This document shows, in pieces, positions 32,801 to 41,500 of a stretch of DNA of 53,777 bases; position 1 is the stretch's first letter; every line of letters begins with the position of its first letter. The position numbers and the translations under genes are program-made. Under the pieces are notes generated by a model. The model was not told where the DNA came from. It saw only the letters and a list, made by a program, of their open reading frames with translations, and did no database searches. Source of the stretch: Candidatus Nanoarchaeia archaeon (GTDB lineage Archaea > Nanobdellota > Nanobdellia > SCGC-AAA011-G17 > GW2011-AR18); assembly GCA_035289905.1 (NCBI GenBank), contig DATDVT010000026.1, positions 1-53,777 on the forward strand. Direction: 5' to 3'.

Positions 32801-33762
32801 TTTCTTTTAATAAATCTGAATTATTTATAAAAGAAGCATATTTTTATGCTAATCAAATTACTAGTTTATTAGATTCTTTAACTATTAAAAGTAAAATTTC
32901 ACAGAGAAAAGGAAATATAAGAAAAGATGGGGTAAGAACTATTAAAATAGTTATAACTATTGATAAGCAGTTAGATAATATGATTTTATTTTTGAGTAAG
33001 GTAGGATATAGATATTGTAAAAGAAAAGAAATTGAAGGAAAAAAGTGGTTGAGTTATTTAATGTTTAGAAATAAATGGAAGCAAGATAGAATTGAATTAA
33101 AAAGAAAAGCTTTAAATTTATATGATATACGGGGATTACGAAGGATAAAAATAACAAGAATTTTAGATATTAAGGATTATGAAGTATACTATAGTAAAAA
33201 TGTTTGTTTCTCTAAAATTATAATGAGCTTTGATGATTGGATAAAAACTAGATATAAAAATGAAACCATATTCGAACAAATTATTGATAAACAAAATGCA
33301 GGGGAGGAGGAAGTTTATGATCTAGCAGTTGAGAATGTTCATAATTTTGTTTCGAATGATATTGTGGTTCATAATTGCCACGAGTTCTTACCTAAAGAGG
33401 GAAAGACGTTAGCTAGTGATGCTTTGATTCAAGTTTTAAGAGAGGGTAGACAGCCAGGTGTGAGTTTGATAGCAGCTTCTCAACAGCCAGGAATGATTCA
33501 TAATGATATGATTACCCAGACAGATATTGTTATAGCACATAGATTAACTGCTAAAAGAGATATTGCTGCTTTGAATGCAATGATGCAATCTTATACTGGC
33601 GCAGATATAAGAAAATATTTGAATGCTTTACCAAATCTCAAGGGTAGTGCTTTAATTTTAGATGATAATTCTGAAAGGTTGTATCCTATAAGGGTAAGAC
33701 CTAGATTGAGTTGGCATGGTGGCGAGGCGCCAAGAGCAGTTAGACCTGAGAAAAATATTTAA
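29839..33762 (+). CDS. HerA/FtsK-superfamily P-loop ATPase (DUF87/COG0433-like), interrupted by two inteins
   Basis: The extein (431 aa) rejoins as Walker A VGKRGSGK|SYSLGV and Walker B WLLIDE|CHEFLP. The C-terminal IRVRPRLSWHGGEAP is typical of COG0433-type ATPases. Confidence 0.8.
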   Translation: MYEIVVGRNDIERKELGLKGSVFLGKHYVQMGSVVSLSNKVYMDVARSHVVFIVGKRGSGKCIHGDTLITLDDGSLVPIKNLENNERNILSLNHNLKIKSTQKSEFFSRNVDRLLYIKLRSGKSIKLTQEHPLLTVKGWVPVQDLKVGSRIATPRVMDCFGSYNMLDHEVKLLAYLIAEGHTKKIVIFSNTDKDIINDFKDSLYSFDSNLELVEERFGSYRISMPFWRNEVLEVNVARDKMGKFISSEDKNIYKKRSIRQLIEREELFGLLSKEKYLSQNILRLNKSKLALFLNRLFSCDGSIYSSNNTWEISYASSSRKLIDQIHHLLLRFGILSRIRTKKIKFNGNCFDSYEIVIGSSNVVTFINQIGFFGEKSLKQKIALVELSKKSWNPNTDIIPKEIWNVTQPKDWTNIGRALGYKYPKAMRETLRYSPSRQKLLQIANVEQNEILLSLSTSDVFWDEIVSIELLEGDFMVYDLSVPVNHNFIANDIIIHNSYSLGVIAEEMCNLPEEVSNKLAILIFDTMGIYWTMKYENEKDDDLLREWGLRKKALDVDIYTPAGYYEQYKEEGMPANFKFTINPSEIEVNDWCMAFDVGLMSQEGILIENVVGNLKKRGDFSLEDVVVDLEQVKDVDENVRKAVINRFKAAISWGLFDIKGTKLKDILRGGRASVLDISCYNNWTVKTLVVGLICRKLMLERMAARKKEELVDVERGYSRFSNPLELAEQMPIVWLLIDECLPYNAEIITSKNHTAIGDIINDFEKGENIDVWAYNTEIKQYGYYPVQAVYRKGKRSLIKIITETGRDLICTPNHRILTKNGFIHSNLANNVGVPAVYHHDQNLNSVKARLLGCIFGDSWLSNNRSVEFSRKGCEDDLLKIKDDLFVLNLSSGLIHSRDTKSKICDSDGKIVEVNGLSQSICYSRKAFNFFKDLGAPVGIKVINVVKIPEWIINGDNKVKSEFLAALFASDRTSPSLAKKIYSDYNPIELSFNKSELFIKEAYFYANQITSLLDSLTIKSKISQRKGNIRKDGVRTIKIVITIDKQLDNMILFLSKVGYRYCKRKEIEGKKWLSYLMFRNKWKQDRIELKRKALNLYDIRGLRRIKITRILDIKDYEVYYSKNVCFSKIIMSFDDWIKTRYKNETIFEQIIDKQNAGEEEVYDLAVENVHNFVSNDIVVHNCHEFLPKEGKTLASDALIQVLREGRQPGVSLIAASQQPGMIHNDMITQTDIVIAHRLTAKRDIAALNAMMQSYTGADIRKYLNALPNLKGSALILDDNSERLYPIRVRPRLSWHGGEAPRAVRPEKNI
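30022..31326 (+). mobile_element. HerA-like ATPase intein 1: 435 aa, LAGLIDADG type, inserted inside the P-loop
   Basis: Begins CIHGDTLITLDDG, block B KLTQEHPLL, LAGLIDADG motifs LLAYLIAEGH and LFLNRLFSCDGS, ends VYDLSVPVNHNFIANDIIIHN with +1 Ser. Confidence 0.9.
32053..33375 (+). mobile_element. HerA-like ATPase intein 2: 441 aa, LAGLIDADG type, inserted at Walker B
   Basis: Begins CLPYNAEIITS, block B LICTPNHRIL, motifs LLGCIFGDSW and FLAALFASDRT, ends VYDLAVENVHNFVSNDIVVHN with +1 Cys. Confidence 0.9.
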
Positions 33763-33848
33763 TTGGGTCAGAAGCTACTCCATCAGTCATTCTTTAATCC
33801 TAGGGTGTTCACTTCATCATTCCCTTATTTTAAAAGTGATAATGATAT

Positions 33849-34172
33849 TTATTCATTTCCTATATATATTTCATTATCTATGAGTTTTTTTTGGCTGCCA
33901 ATTTTGAATGTAACTGGGTATTCATTTACTAGAATTGGATTTCTATTAGCGTCATAGGATATAAAGTATTGATTATTATTAAATTTTATATATGGAATTA
34001 TATCTGATTTATCCCCATCCTTGATTTCTACACCTTTTAGTTTAGTACCTTGTTCGGATAATCTATCAGTAATATCTGATCCACAACTTCTCATTAGGAA
34101 TGTACTACTAACACTAAGCCCGGCTGTTAAAATCCAGGATCCAATTAATATTGGCCATCTTATTTCAGGCAT
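33849..34172 (-). CDS. Small membrane-anchored or secreted protein, function unknown
   Basis: 107 aa with an N-terminal hydrophobic segment WPILIGSWILTAGLSVSSTFL. A/C-ending codon bias matches minus-strand genes of this block. Confidence 0.5.
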   Translation of the reverse strand: MPEIRWPILIGSWILTAGLSVSSTFLMRSCGSDITDRLSEQGTKLKGVEIKDGDKSDIIPYIKFNNNQYFISYDANRNPILVNEYPVTFKIGSQKKLIDNEIYIGNE

Positions 34173-34302
34173 TTTGCTATCTCCAAATGTTACTATTATA
34201 AAGTGATATTATTTAAAGCTTTCGGTTGAGGGCTTTACACATAATATAAGTTTTTGTAATTAAAGTTGATTTATTGTGCAGAATGAGATTTTTGCATTAA
34301 AA

Positions 34303-34401
34303 TTAATTATTACTAATAAAAACGAAATAAAAGAAGAATACAATTAATCCTATAAAGAATAGTATCTTCCAATTTCTGATTAACCAATCAACTATTTTCA
34401 T
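34303..34401 (-). CDS. 32-aa hydrophobic mini-ORF
   Basis: MKIVDWLIRNWKILFFIGLIVFFFYFVFISNN, read by hand. Its ATG overlaps the TGA of the upstream mini-ORF (ATGA). Codon bias (ATC, CTA, TTC, GTA) fits local minus-strand genes. Confidence 0.35.
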   Translation of the reverse strand: MKIVDWLIRNWKILFFIGLIVFFFYFVFISNN

Positions 34402-34503
34402 TCTAACTTATTCCTCATATAGGTTAATAATATTACTGTAAGCAATATATATATAGTTAATGCCATAGGTAGTTCACAAATAAGGATAATTTTGGTCTTC
34501 ATT
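34399..34503 (-). CDS. 34-aa hydrophobic mini-ORF
   Basis: MKTKIILICELPMALTIYILLTVILLTYMRNKLE, read by hand. Lies 27 nt downstream of the stop of 34530..34997 on the same strand. Confidence 0.3.
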
Positions 34504-34529
34504 TAAAACAAAATTTTTTTAAAAAATTA

Positions 34530-34997
34530 TTATTGATTGTTTATAATTTTTTTTACTATATTATTCCTTTTTATCTTTGCATAGTTTTTATTAATTGTTC
34601 CTATGTTTATTGTTCCAGTATTTTCTATTTTATTTACTTTTATTACTGTTATCTTACTATTTTCATTATTTTCTATTGATTTTTCATTATTTTCTTTAAG
34701 ATTTAAGAAATTTTTATTAATTGTTCCTATGTTTATTGTTCCAGTATTTTCTATTTTATTTACTCTTATTATAGTTGGTTTTTCTAATCCAATTAAATTT
34801 TTTAAAAAATTTATCCAATTTGGCTCGTCAATTGGTTCTTCTTGAGATAGACATTCAGCATTCAGAATGTCACACTCATCATGGGTAATTCCTAGATTAT
34901 CACATTCATTGTGAGTCAATTGGTTGCAGGATTCTTGGGCGAATACTCCAAGTGTACTTAATATGAGACAACAAAATATAGTTAGAACTTTTTTCAT
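34530..34997 (-). CDS. Secreted Cys-rich protein with two 42-aa internal repeats
   Basis: 155 aa. Signal-peptide-like MKKVLTIFCCLILSTLGVFAQE, a C-x-rich segment (CNQLTHNECDNLGITHDECDILNAEC), and VNKIENTGTINIGTINKN occurring twice. Confidence 0.6.
   Translation of the reverse strand: MKKVLTIFCCLILSTLGVFAQESCNQLTHNECDNLGITHDECDILNAECLSQEEPIDEPNWINFLKNLIGLEKPTIIRVNKIENTGTINIGTINKNFLNLKENNEKSIENNENSKITVIKVNKIENTGTINIGTINKNYAKIKRNNIVKKIINNQ
34585..34764. repeat. Two identical 54-nt copies spaced 126 nt apart, within the coding sequence
   Basis: 34585-34638 and 34711-34764 both read TTTTTATTAATTGTTCCTATGTTTATTGTTCCAGTATTTTCTATTTTATTTACT. Confidence 0.85.
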
Positions 34998-35084
34998 TTT
35001 TTCACCTCTTTGTTTTTAAATAATAGTTCTAAGGTCTATATATAAACTATTTAATCTAAATATTTCTTTTGGTTAATATATATT

Positions 35085-36062
35085 CTAATCATTATTTTTT
35101 AGATCAAGGCATACTCTATAAATTCTCGCTGATTGTTGACCACATTTTGTTGTCTTTAAATGTAAAAATTTGAATTGTTTTTGAATTGTTTTTCTTTTTT
35201 CTTTTATTTTATCTAATTCAGAAAAGAGATATAGATGAATGAATGTTTTTTTCTTTAATAGATTTTTTGTTATTGAGATGTAGTCTTCTGCATTTTTAGG
35301 TGCAGGCATAATGATTCTATCGAATTTTTTATTTATTCTTGGAATTATTTTTTTTACATCTTCATTGTATAGGGTTATATTTTTACAATTATTTATTTTT
35401 ATGTTTTCTTCTGCTAGTTTATTGGCTTTAGAATTTATTTCTATTCCTATAATTTTTTTTGCTTTTGTATTTTTTGAGATATTTATAGGATAAACTCCAC
35501 ACCCAGAGAACATTACTAATATGGTTTCGTTTGGACGAATTAATTTATTAATTCTATTTCTTTCAGTTGCTAGTCTTGGTGAAAAATATGTTTCATTTAT
35601 TTTTATTTTTAATTGTATGTTGTTTTCTTTATGAAGTGTTGTAAATATTTTTTTCCCTGCTAGGAATTCATATTTTTGAAGTCTAAATTTTCCTTTATGT
35701 TCTGAGGCTTTTCTTACTATTGTTTTTATTTTTTTGTTTGTTTTTAATAATAGTTTGGCAATTTCTTTTTTTTGTTTTAAATTTTTTATATCGATTTCTA
35801 AAATGGCAATTGTACCTATTACATCATAACTACTTTTAAGTTTTGGGTTTATTTTCTTTAATTCTTTTTTAAAATTCAATATCTTTTTTATTTTCTTTAA
35901 TTTTAGTTTAACTTCAGGATATTTTTTTTGGGGTTTTTTTGTTGCTAGATATGCGTTTTCGTTGACAACTTTTATTTTGTAGTCTTTTGATAAATTTTCT
36001 TTTAAATCATGTTTTACTTTTTCAATATCTTTTTTTTTGATTTTTATTGTAGGCATTATCAA
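35085..36062 (-). CDS. trm5: tRNA (guanine37-N1)-methyltransferase Trm5/Taw22-like (Met-10+ family)
   Basis: 325 aa. SYDVIGTIAILEI, FSPRLATER, SAM-binding VMFSGCGVYPI and RIIMPAPK match the Trm5 pattern. Confidence 0.75.
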   Translation of the reverse strand: MIMPTIKIKKKDIEKVKHDLKENLSKDYKIKVVNENAYLATKKPQKKYPEVKLKLKKIKKILNFKKELKKINPKLKSSYDVIGTIAILEIDIKNLKQKKEIAKLLLKTNKKIKTIVRKASEHKGKFRLQKYEFLAGKKIFTTLHKENNIQLKIKINETYFSPRLATERNRINKLIRPNETILVMFSGCGVYPINISKNTKAKKIIGIEINSKANKLAEENIKINNCKNITLYNEDVKKIIPRINKKFDRIIMPAPKNAEDYISITKNLLKKKTFIHLYLFSELDKIKEKRKTIQKQFKFLHLKTTKCGQQSARIYRVCLDLKNND

Positions 36063-36066
36063 AACC

Positions 36067-36076
36067 TTTATATAAA
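36067..36076 (+). promoter_or_regulatory. TATA box for the 36097..42191 operon, with a GGAGG just before the ATG
   Basis: TTTATATAAA centred about 26 nt upstream of ATG 36097. GGAGG at 36087-36091. Confidence 0.45.
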
Positions 36077-36096
36077 TAAATTTCTAGGAGGTATAT

Positions 36097-38580
36097 ATGT
36101 TTTATCTCCTAAGAAAGAGAATTGTTTTAGTGTTAGCTTTTTTATTAGTTATACCTTTTGTTTCTGGGTTAAGTTTTCCTTCTTTAATAAGTACATATAA
36201 TCAATTTTCTGGTTGGTTAGATTTTTTAATATTTTTTTTAATATTCTTTAGTTTGCCTAAAATTGTTTTTAAGAAGCATTTTGAGGGCGAAGAATCAGGG
36301 GCATTTAATGCTTTGTGTTTAGGCATTGGTCTGGTTTTAAGTTTTGCTATGTTGGGATTGGAATATTATTTCGGAGTTAATATTTTTAGTTTTGGTCCTT
36401 TGGCAATTCTTGTTTTGGTGCTTGCAGTTTTATTACCTTTAATTGGGTTGTTTAAGAAAGAAGGTGAAGGGGGAAGTAATAGATGGTTAGCTTTTTTGAT
36501 AATTTTGTTAATAATTCTGTTAGCAGTTTGGTTTTTTTATCCTGAATTATTGACATATATTCCTTACGGTGATGACCTTTGGTGGATTTTGATAGTTATT
36601 ATCGGTCTAATTTTGTTGCTTTTATTATTGAAGGGGGTATCTAAGCATGTTAAATGGCCTGAGTGGAGCAGGAAAGAGAAACGACCTGATTATAGTAAGG
36701 AGGGATTGTCTCCTTATGATGGTTCTTCTGCTGGTGTTGAGAGAGAACCTTTTAAGCACGGGGATTTGGTCGATAATAAAACTGGACAACCTAATAAAGA
36801 AGACAAGGTTTTAGGTTATTCTAAATTAAAAATAAAGATAGAGTTTAAGCCTTCTAAGAGAATTTTTGGGGATACAGAGGATTTTGTTGTTGTTTCTAAT
36901 GTTAATGGCGGTTCTGGAGATTATGTATACCAATGGTCTTTACCTGGATTAGCTGGTGTAATTTCTGATAAACCGTATGTTCAATTAAGTGGACGTAATT
37001 TTCCTTTACCTTCAGGTAAAGATAAGATTGAATATGCAATTGAATTAGTGGTCAGGGATAACACTACCGGGAATCTTGTTAAGGCTGTTAGTAGGTTTAA
37101 GATTAAGAGGATGGATATTTTTACTAAAGAGAAGATTGGTATTGTTGTTCAGGATATGATTGATGGCCGGTCTTTGCAAGAGGGTAGTAAATTTATACAG
37201 CTTAGAGATCCTATTTTTGTTGCTTCTAATGGTGGTGATTTGTTAATAAGTGCAGTAATCAGTGGGGGTTATGTTGTTGGAGAGCATGATATTGTTTGGG
37301 ATGTAGGTGTCCCTTTGGGTGTAAGAACGAAGGCAGAGTCTTTTATTTTTAATAGTGGTGATTGGGGCTTTGGTAAGGGATTTTTTACTGGTAAACAAAA
37401 AAATGAAGAAACTAAGACAATAGGGTTAAAGGTAAGGTATAAGGGAAAACTTGTTGAGAAGGCTTTTAATTTAGTGTTGTTGAAAAGAGAGCATGAAGAT
37501 CATGTAAAGATTAAGATTGATAAGCCTATTTCTCAGGACTTTGCTATTGGTGAACAGATTGAGTTGTTGGCTAGGGTTGAAAGAGATGATTATAGTGTTG
37601 TTGAAAAGATTGTTTGGTATTATATGTTTGGGGGTTTAAAGGGTTTTAATAAGAAGAGTTCTAGGCCAATAATGGTTTCTAATGTAGTACTTGAAACTGA
37701 TAGCGGTGTTTCACAAACTGTAGTTTTGCCAGTTATAAAGGAAGGATCTTATGTTATTTATGCTGTAGCTAAGGGTACGGGTGGAATAATTGATAGTGAT
37801 TATGATAGGGTTCTTGTTAATTTTTTTACTAATAAATTAGAGATAATTAAACCAAAGAATTTGAGTAGGCATTTTAATCATAATATATTGGATTTAGAAT
37901 GCGATTTTAGAGATTTTACAGGAAGGATTCAGTTTTTGCAATGGGTTTTGTTTGATTCTACAGGAAATAATGTTATGAAAGATAATAATGGGAATCCCAT
38001 GGTAGTGATGGATGATTTATTAAAGATAAGTGGAAAACAAGGTTTGAAGGTTGCGATACCAAAACAGTTAGATATTAGTGATCTGGATTCTGAAGTTTAT
38101 GTTGTTGCTTTATTTGCTTTGAATAGTTCAAATGATATATTTGATCAAAAAAGGGTGAGAATTAGGGTTGAAAAACCACAGAATCCTGTATTGAAGATTG
38201 TAGAACCAGAGGTTCGTAAGAGAATTACACAGGGTTATGTGCCTGGAGAATCTTTAAAGTATAGGATTAAGTTGACTGATCCAGATAAAATATGTAGTCC
38301 TTCTTTATTTGAATGGGAAATATATGATATAAATGGAATGCGTATTCCAATTAAATTATCTTCTGTTAAGGGAGGAACTTTTGTTATACCTAAAACTATG
38401 CCTTTCGGAAATTATACGTTAATGGTTAGTGCTGTGAACGTTAGAGTTAAGTCTAGTTTTAAGGGTTATTATACTGGAGAGATTGATAGAAAAGATTTAT
38501 TACCCTTTAAAGATAAAGTTGATTTTGTTGTTAAGAATCGTTTAGTTAAGATAAGGAGAATAATATGGCCGAACCCTTAA
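36097..38580 (+). CDS. 827-aa protein: N-terminal multi-TM anchor related to the 4741..6431 family, followed by a roughly 640-aa array of beta-sandwich repeats
   Basis: TM region aa 1-185 contains GWLDFLIFFLIFFSLPKIVFKK...GAFNALCLGIGLVLS (family signature). The remainder is repeated modules beginning (L/V)KI..P and ending G.Y.(L/I).V (e.g. LKIVEPEVRK...GNYTLMVSAV). Confidence 0.8.
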   Translation: MFYLLRKRIVLVLAFLLVIPFVSGLSFPSLISTYNQFSGWLDFLIFFLIFFSLPKIVFKKHFEGEESGAFNALCLGIGLVLSFAMLGLEYYFGVNIFSFGPLAILVLVLAVLLPLIGLFKKEGEGGSNRWLAFLIILLIILLAVWFFYPELLTYIPYGDDLWWILIVIIGLILLLLLLKGVSKHVKWPEWSRKEKRPDYSKEGLSPYDGSSAGVEREPFKHGDLVDNKTGQPNKEDKVLGYSKLKIKIEFKPSKRIFGDTEDFVVVSNVNGGSGDYVYQWSLPGLAGVISDKPYVQLSGRNFPLPSGKDKIEYAIELVVRDNTTGNLVKAVSRFKIKRMDIFTKEKIGIVVQDMIDGRSLQEGSKFIQLRDPIFVASNGGDLLISAVISGGYVVGEHDIVWDVGVPLGVRTKAESFIFNSGDWGFGKGFFTGKQKNEETKTIGLKVRYKGKLVEKAFNLVLLKREHEDHVKIKIDKPISQDFAIGEQIELLARVERDDYSVVEKIVWYYMFGGLKGFNKKSSRPIMVSNVVLETDSGVSQTVVLPVIKEGSYVIYAVAKGTGGIIDSDYDRVLVNFFTNKLEIIKPKNLSRHFNHNILDLECDFRDFTGRIQFLQWVLFDSTGNNVMKDNNGNPMVVMDDLLKISGKQGLKVAIPKQLDISDLDSEVYVVALFALNSSNDIFDQKRVRIRVEKPQNPVLKIVEPEVRKRITQGYVPGESLKYRIKLTDPDKICSPSLFEWEIYDINGMRIPIKLSSVKGGTFVIPKTMPFGNYTLMVSAVNVRVKSSFKGYYTGEIDRKDLLPFKDKVDFVVKNRLVKIRRIIWPNP

Positions 38581-41500
38581 TTATTAATGTAAAGATTGGA
38601 GAGGGAAAAAACGTAGAGGTTTTTTATTCTGATAGTTCTAATTTGGTTGCTAAGGTTGGTTTTATTTATAAAAAGGTTGATGAAGAGTTTTGGCATAAAG
38701 AAATTTCTGAAGTTAAGTCTTCAAAACAATTGTTTGATTCTTGGAAGGAAAAAGAAACTGTAAAAATGGTTAAGTTAAATATTTTATTTGATGAACATTT
38801 TAGTGGAGCTTATGAGTATAAGGTTGCTTTATTTAATTCAAATGAAGAGGTTTTAGTAGAATCAGATGACAGTTGTTTTTTTGTAATGCCAGAGAGTGAT
38901 TTAGGTTTAAAAATAATTTCACCAAGGGACGTTATTGAAGATAATAATGGAAAGATTGGTTTACAACAAGGATTGAATTTTGTTTATGATTTAAAGGGAT
39001 TGTCTCCTTTGAGTTCTAATGTTTTTGTTAGGTGGTTTTTAGTTGAAGGGGATTATGTTGATAATGGATTGTTTAGTGAAGGGGGATTGATTAAGAACAA
39101 TAAAGTAAAATTTCTTTTTGATTCAGATACAAAAGACTTAGATAAATTTAAGCGTTATTCTTTAGAAGATTTTGATATTACTAATAAAGGGATTTATACT
39201 TTAATTGTTGGGGTTTTTAAAGAAGAAATTATTGAATCTAATTTAATAGATCAAGATAGTATACTCTTAGATGTTGTAGATAGTGATTTAAATGTAAAAA
39301 TGAAAGTGATTGAGGTTGTTGATTCGATAACAAGAGAAAAAATATATTCTGTTTTAAATAATAAGGACATAATAAAATTGAGAGATGATATTGACTATCA
39401 GTTTTATCTGGAGATAGAAGATAGTGTTGGTGTTCTTGAGAATATTGGTATTGGATATAATGGGAGATATAAAACCATTTCTGCTTTAAATAAAGAGTTT
39501 ACTCTTAAGTTTGATTCGCCTTGGGTTGGGGAAAGAATAGTAGAGATTTCTCCAATTGGTTTAAATGGGAATTTAGTTGGAGAAATTTTTAGGTTTATAG
39601 TTCTTTGTGAGGAGGGTGATAGGAATGGAGTGAGGTTTAAGTTTTTAGCTTATAAAGATCTTTTAGGGAATAATGTTACTAGGCTCTTAAAGGAGAATAG
39701 TAATAATTTTATTTCAAAACAACTTTATGAGGTTGGGGTTAATGTTTTTAATTTTAGTGGAAATGTTGAGGCTGTTGAATTTGGTTATATTGTAAATAAT
39801 TTAGAGGAGCCTTTATTTCTTGTAAAACCTATAAGTGTTCTTAAAGGTAGTGCAGGGGATATTTCTTTTCCTTATGATTTTAGTGCTTTGAATTGGAGGG
39901 GAGATTTAATATTGTATGTTAGGGGGGTTTTGGGATTAAGGAAAAATAGTATTAAGTATACAACACCAAGTTATATAAAAATTAGTACTTCTGGCGTTGA
40001 GGTTTATTTATCTGATTATAGAACGGGTTTAAAACCTTATGGTGTAAAATTTGGTCAGATTCTTTCTTTAAATGTTAAGGTTGAAGATCCTTCAGATAAA
40101 GTAGGTTCAGTTGTTTTATGGTATCAATGTAAAGATAAGGGAGAGTTTGTAGTAGCTGTTGATTATCCTGAAGGGGATGTACTTAATGAGGGTGAAAATT
40201 TAGTACGAAGGATTGGGAGTAAGGATTTTTCTATTGATTGGAGTGTTAGTTGTGATGATGATTTTTTGTTAATTGTTAGAGCGTATGGTAAGGGGGATAA
40301 AACTAATGTTTTAAATGAACAAAGGATTAATTTTGAATTATTAGAGGTTGTAAGTGTTATAGTTAAGTTTTTGCATAATTTAAATTCTGAGGGTATTTAT
40401 GAGGTTCCATTTGGAGACTTTAATTTAGTTGTTGATTATGATAATAGTGTTGGTTTAGCTGCTGAAGTTTATATTAAATATGATAATTATTTTTTAGGAA
40501 GGATTTCTATACCTAAGGGAAAGAATAGACTAGTTTTACCTTATAATTTTAAATTGTTGAGGGGCTGGGATGGGGAGAGAAAATTTGTTACACAATGTGT
40601 GGATAGTAAGGGGTATCTTGTTGGTAAGGGAGATGTTCTTAGGGTTAAATTGATTGATAAAAAACTTTCTGAATCTACTAAAATTGAATTAAATAGTGTG
40701 AATGCTAAAAGATTTGATGATTATTATTTATTAAATAAAAGGGTTGGTGAGAATTTATTTAAATTAAAGATAGTTAATAAAGATAAAGATATAGATAGAA
40801 TTGTTTTGGGAGAGGTTATGGGTGGTGGTATTTTTGAACTTCTTGGTGTTGTTTTTGATAAAAATAAACATGTGCAGATTTTAGATGTAGAGGATATTTT
40901 TGATTTATGGTGGGATGGTAATAAAGAGGTATGTTTTGTTGGTTATGATAAAAAAGGGATTGTTAGTACAAATGTTGTTAAAGTGATTTTAAGGTTGCCT
41001 GAGACTAATGTGAAATTAGTTGGTTTAAATGATATTAAGGTTATTAATAAGGGTGAGAGGTATGATATTTATAGTCTAGAGAATGAATACAGGGTTGTTG
41101 TAGACGATAAAAGGGGAATAATAGATCAAGTTAGATTTGGTTGGTTTGATGAATTTGGTTATAATGTTTATATTGATCTGAAAAAAGATAGAATGTTTAA
41201 ATATGAATTTAGGGCTAAGGAATTATGGTCTGGTGATAAGGATTGTTATATAGTTGGCGTAGATAATAATCGTAAATTTGTTGGACCGGTTTTTAATTTT
41301 ATTTTAAGGAGATATTCAGAGGATGATTTAGCTTTAATGTTGAGGGAAAAATATTTGGCTAGATATCTTTGGTGGGGGAGTAAAAATCAATACTCGAGCG
41401 AAGATTTGTTAGCTATTGATCTAGGTGTTGTGTTATTACAGAGTTTTTTTAGTTCTTTAAAAATTAATCAAAAAAATATTTACGGAGAATTGGTTTTGGG

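Noticed and set aside
33763-34206. Plus-strand ORFs 33763..33957 and 34021..34206
   Set aside because: They overlap the better-supported minus-strand ORF 33849..34172, which has an N-terminal anchor and the local codon bias. Their translations look like junk.
34585-34764. Possible CRISPR-like direct repeats
   Set aside because: There are only two copies, both in frame inside a coding sequence, encoding the same 18-aa peptide. No array structure or cas genes are present.
29839-36062. Classical HerA-NurA-Mre11-Rad50 operon, or a HerA-based defence pair
   Set aside because: No NurA, Mre11, Rad50, SIR2 or DUF4297-like ORF flanks the ATPase. The neighbours are an FKBP isomerase, small secreted/membrane proteins and trm5.
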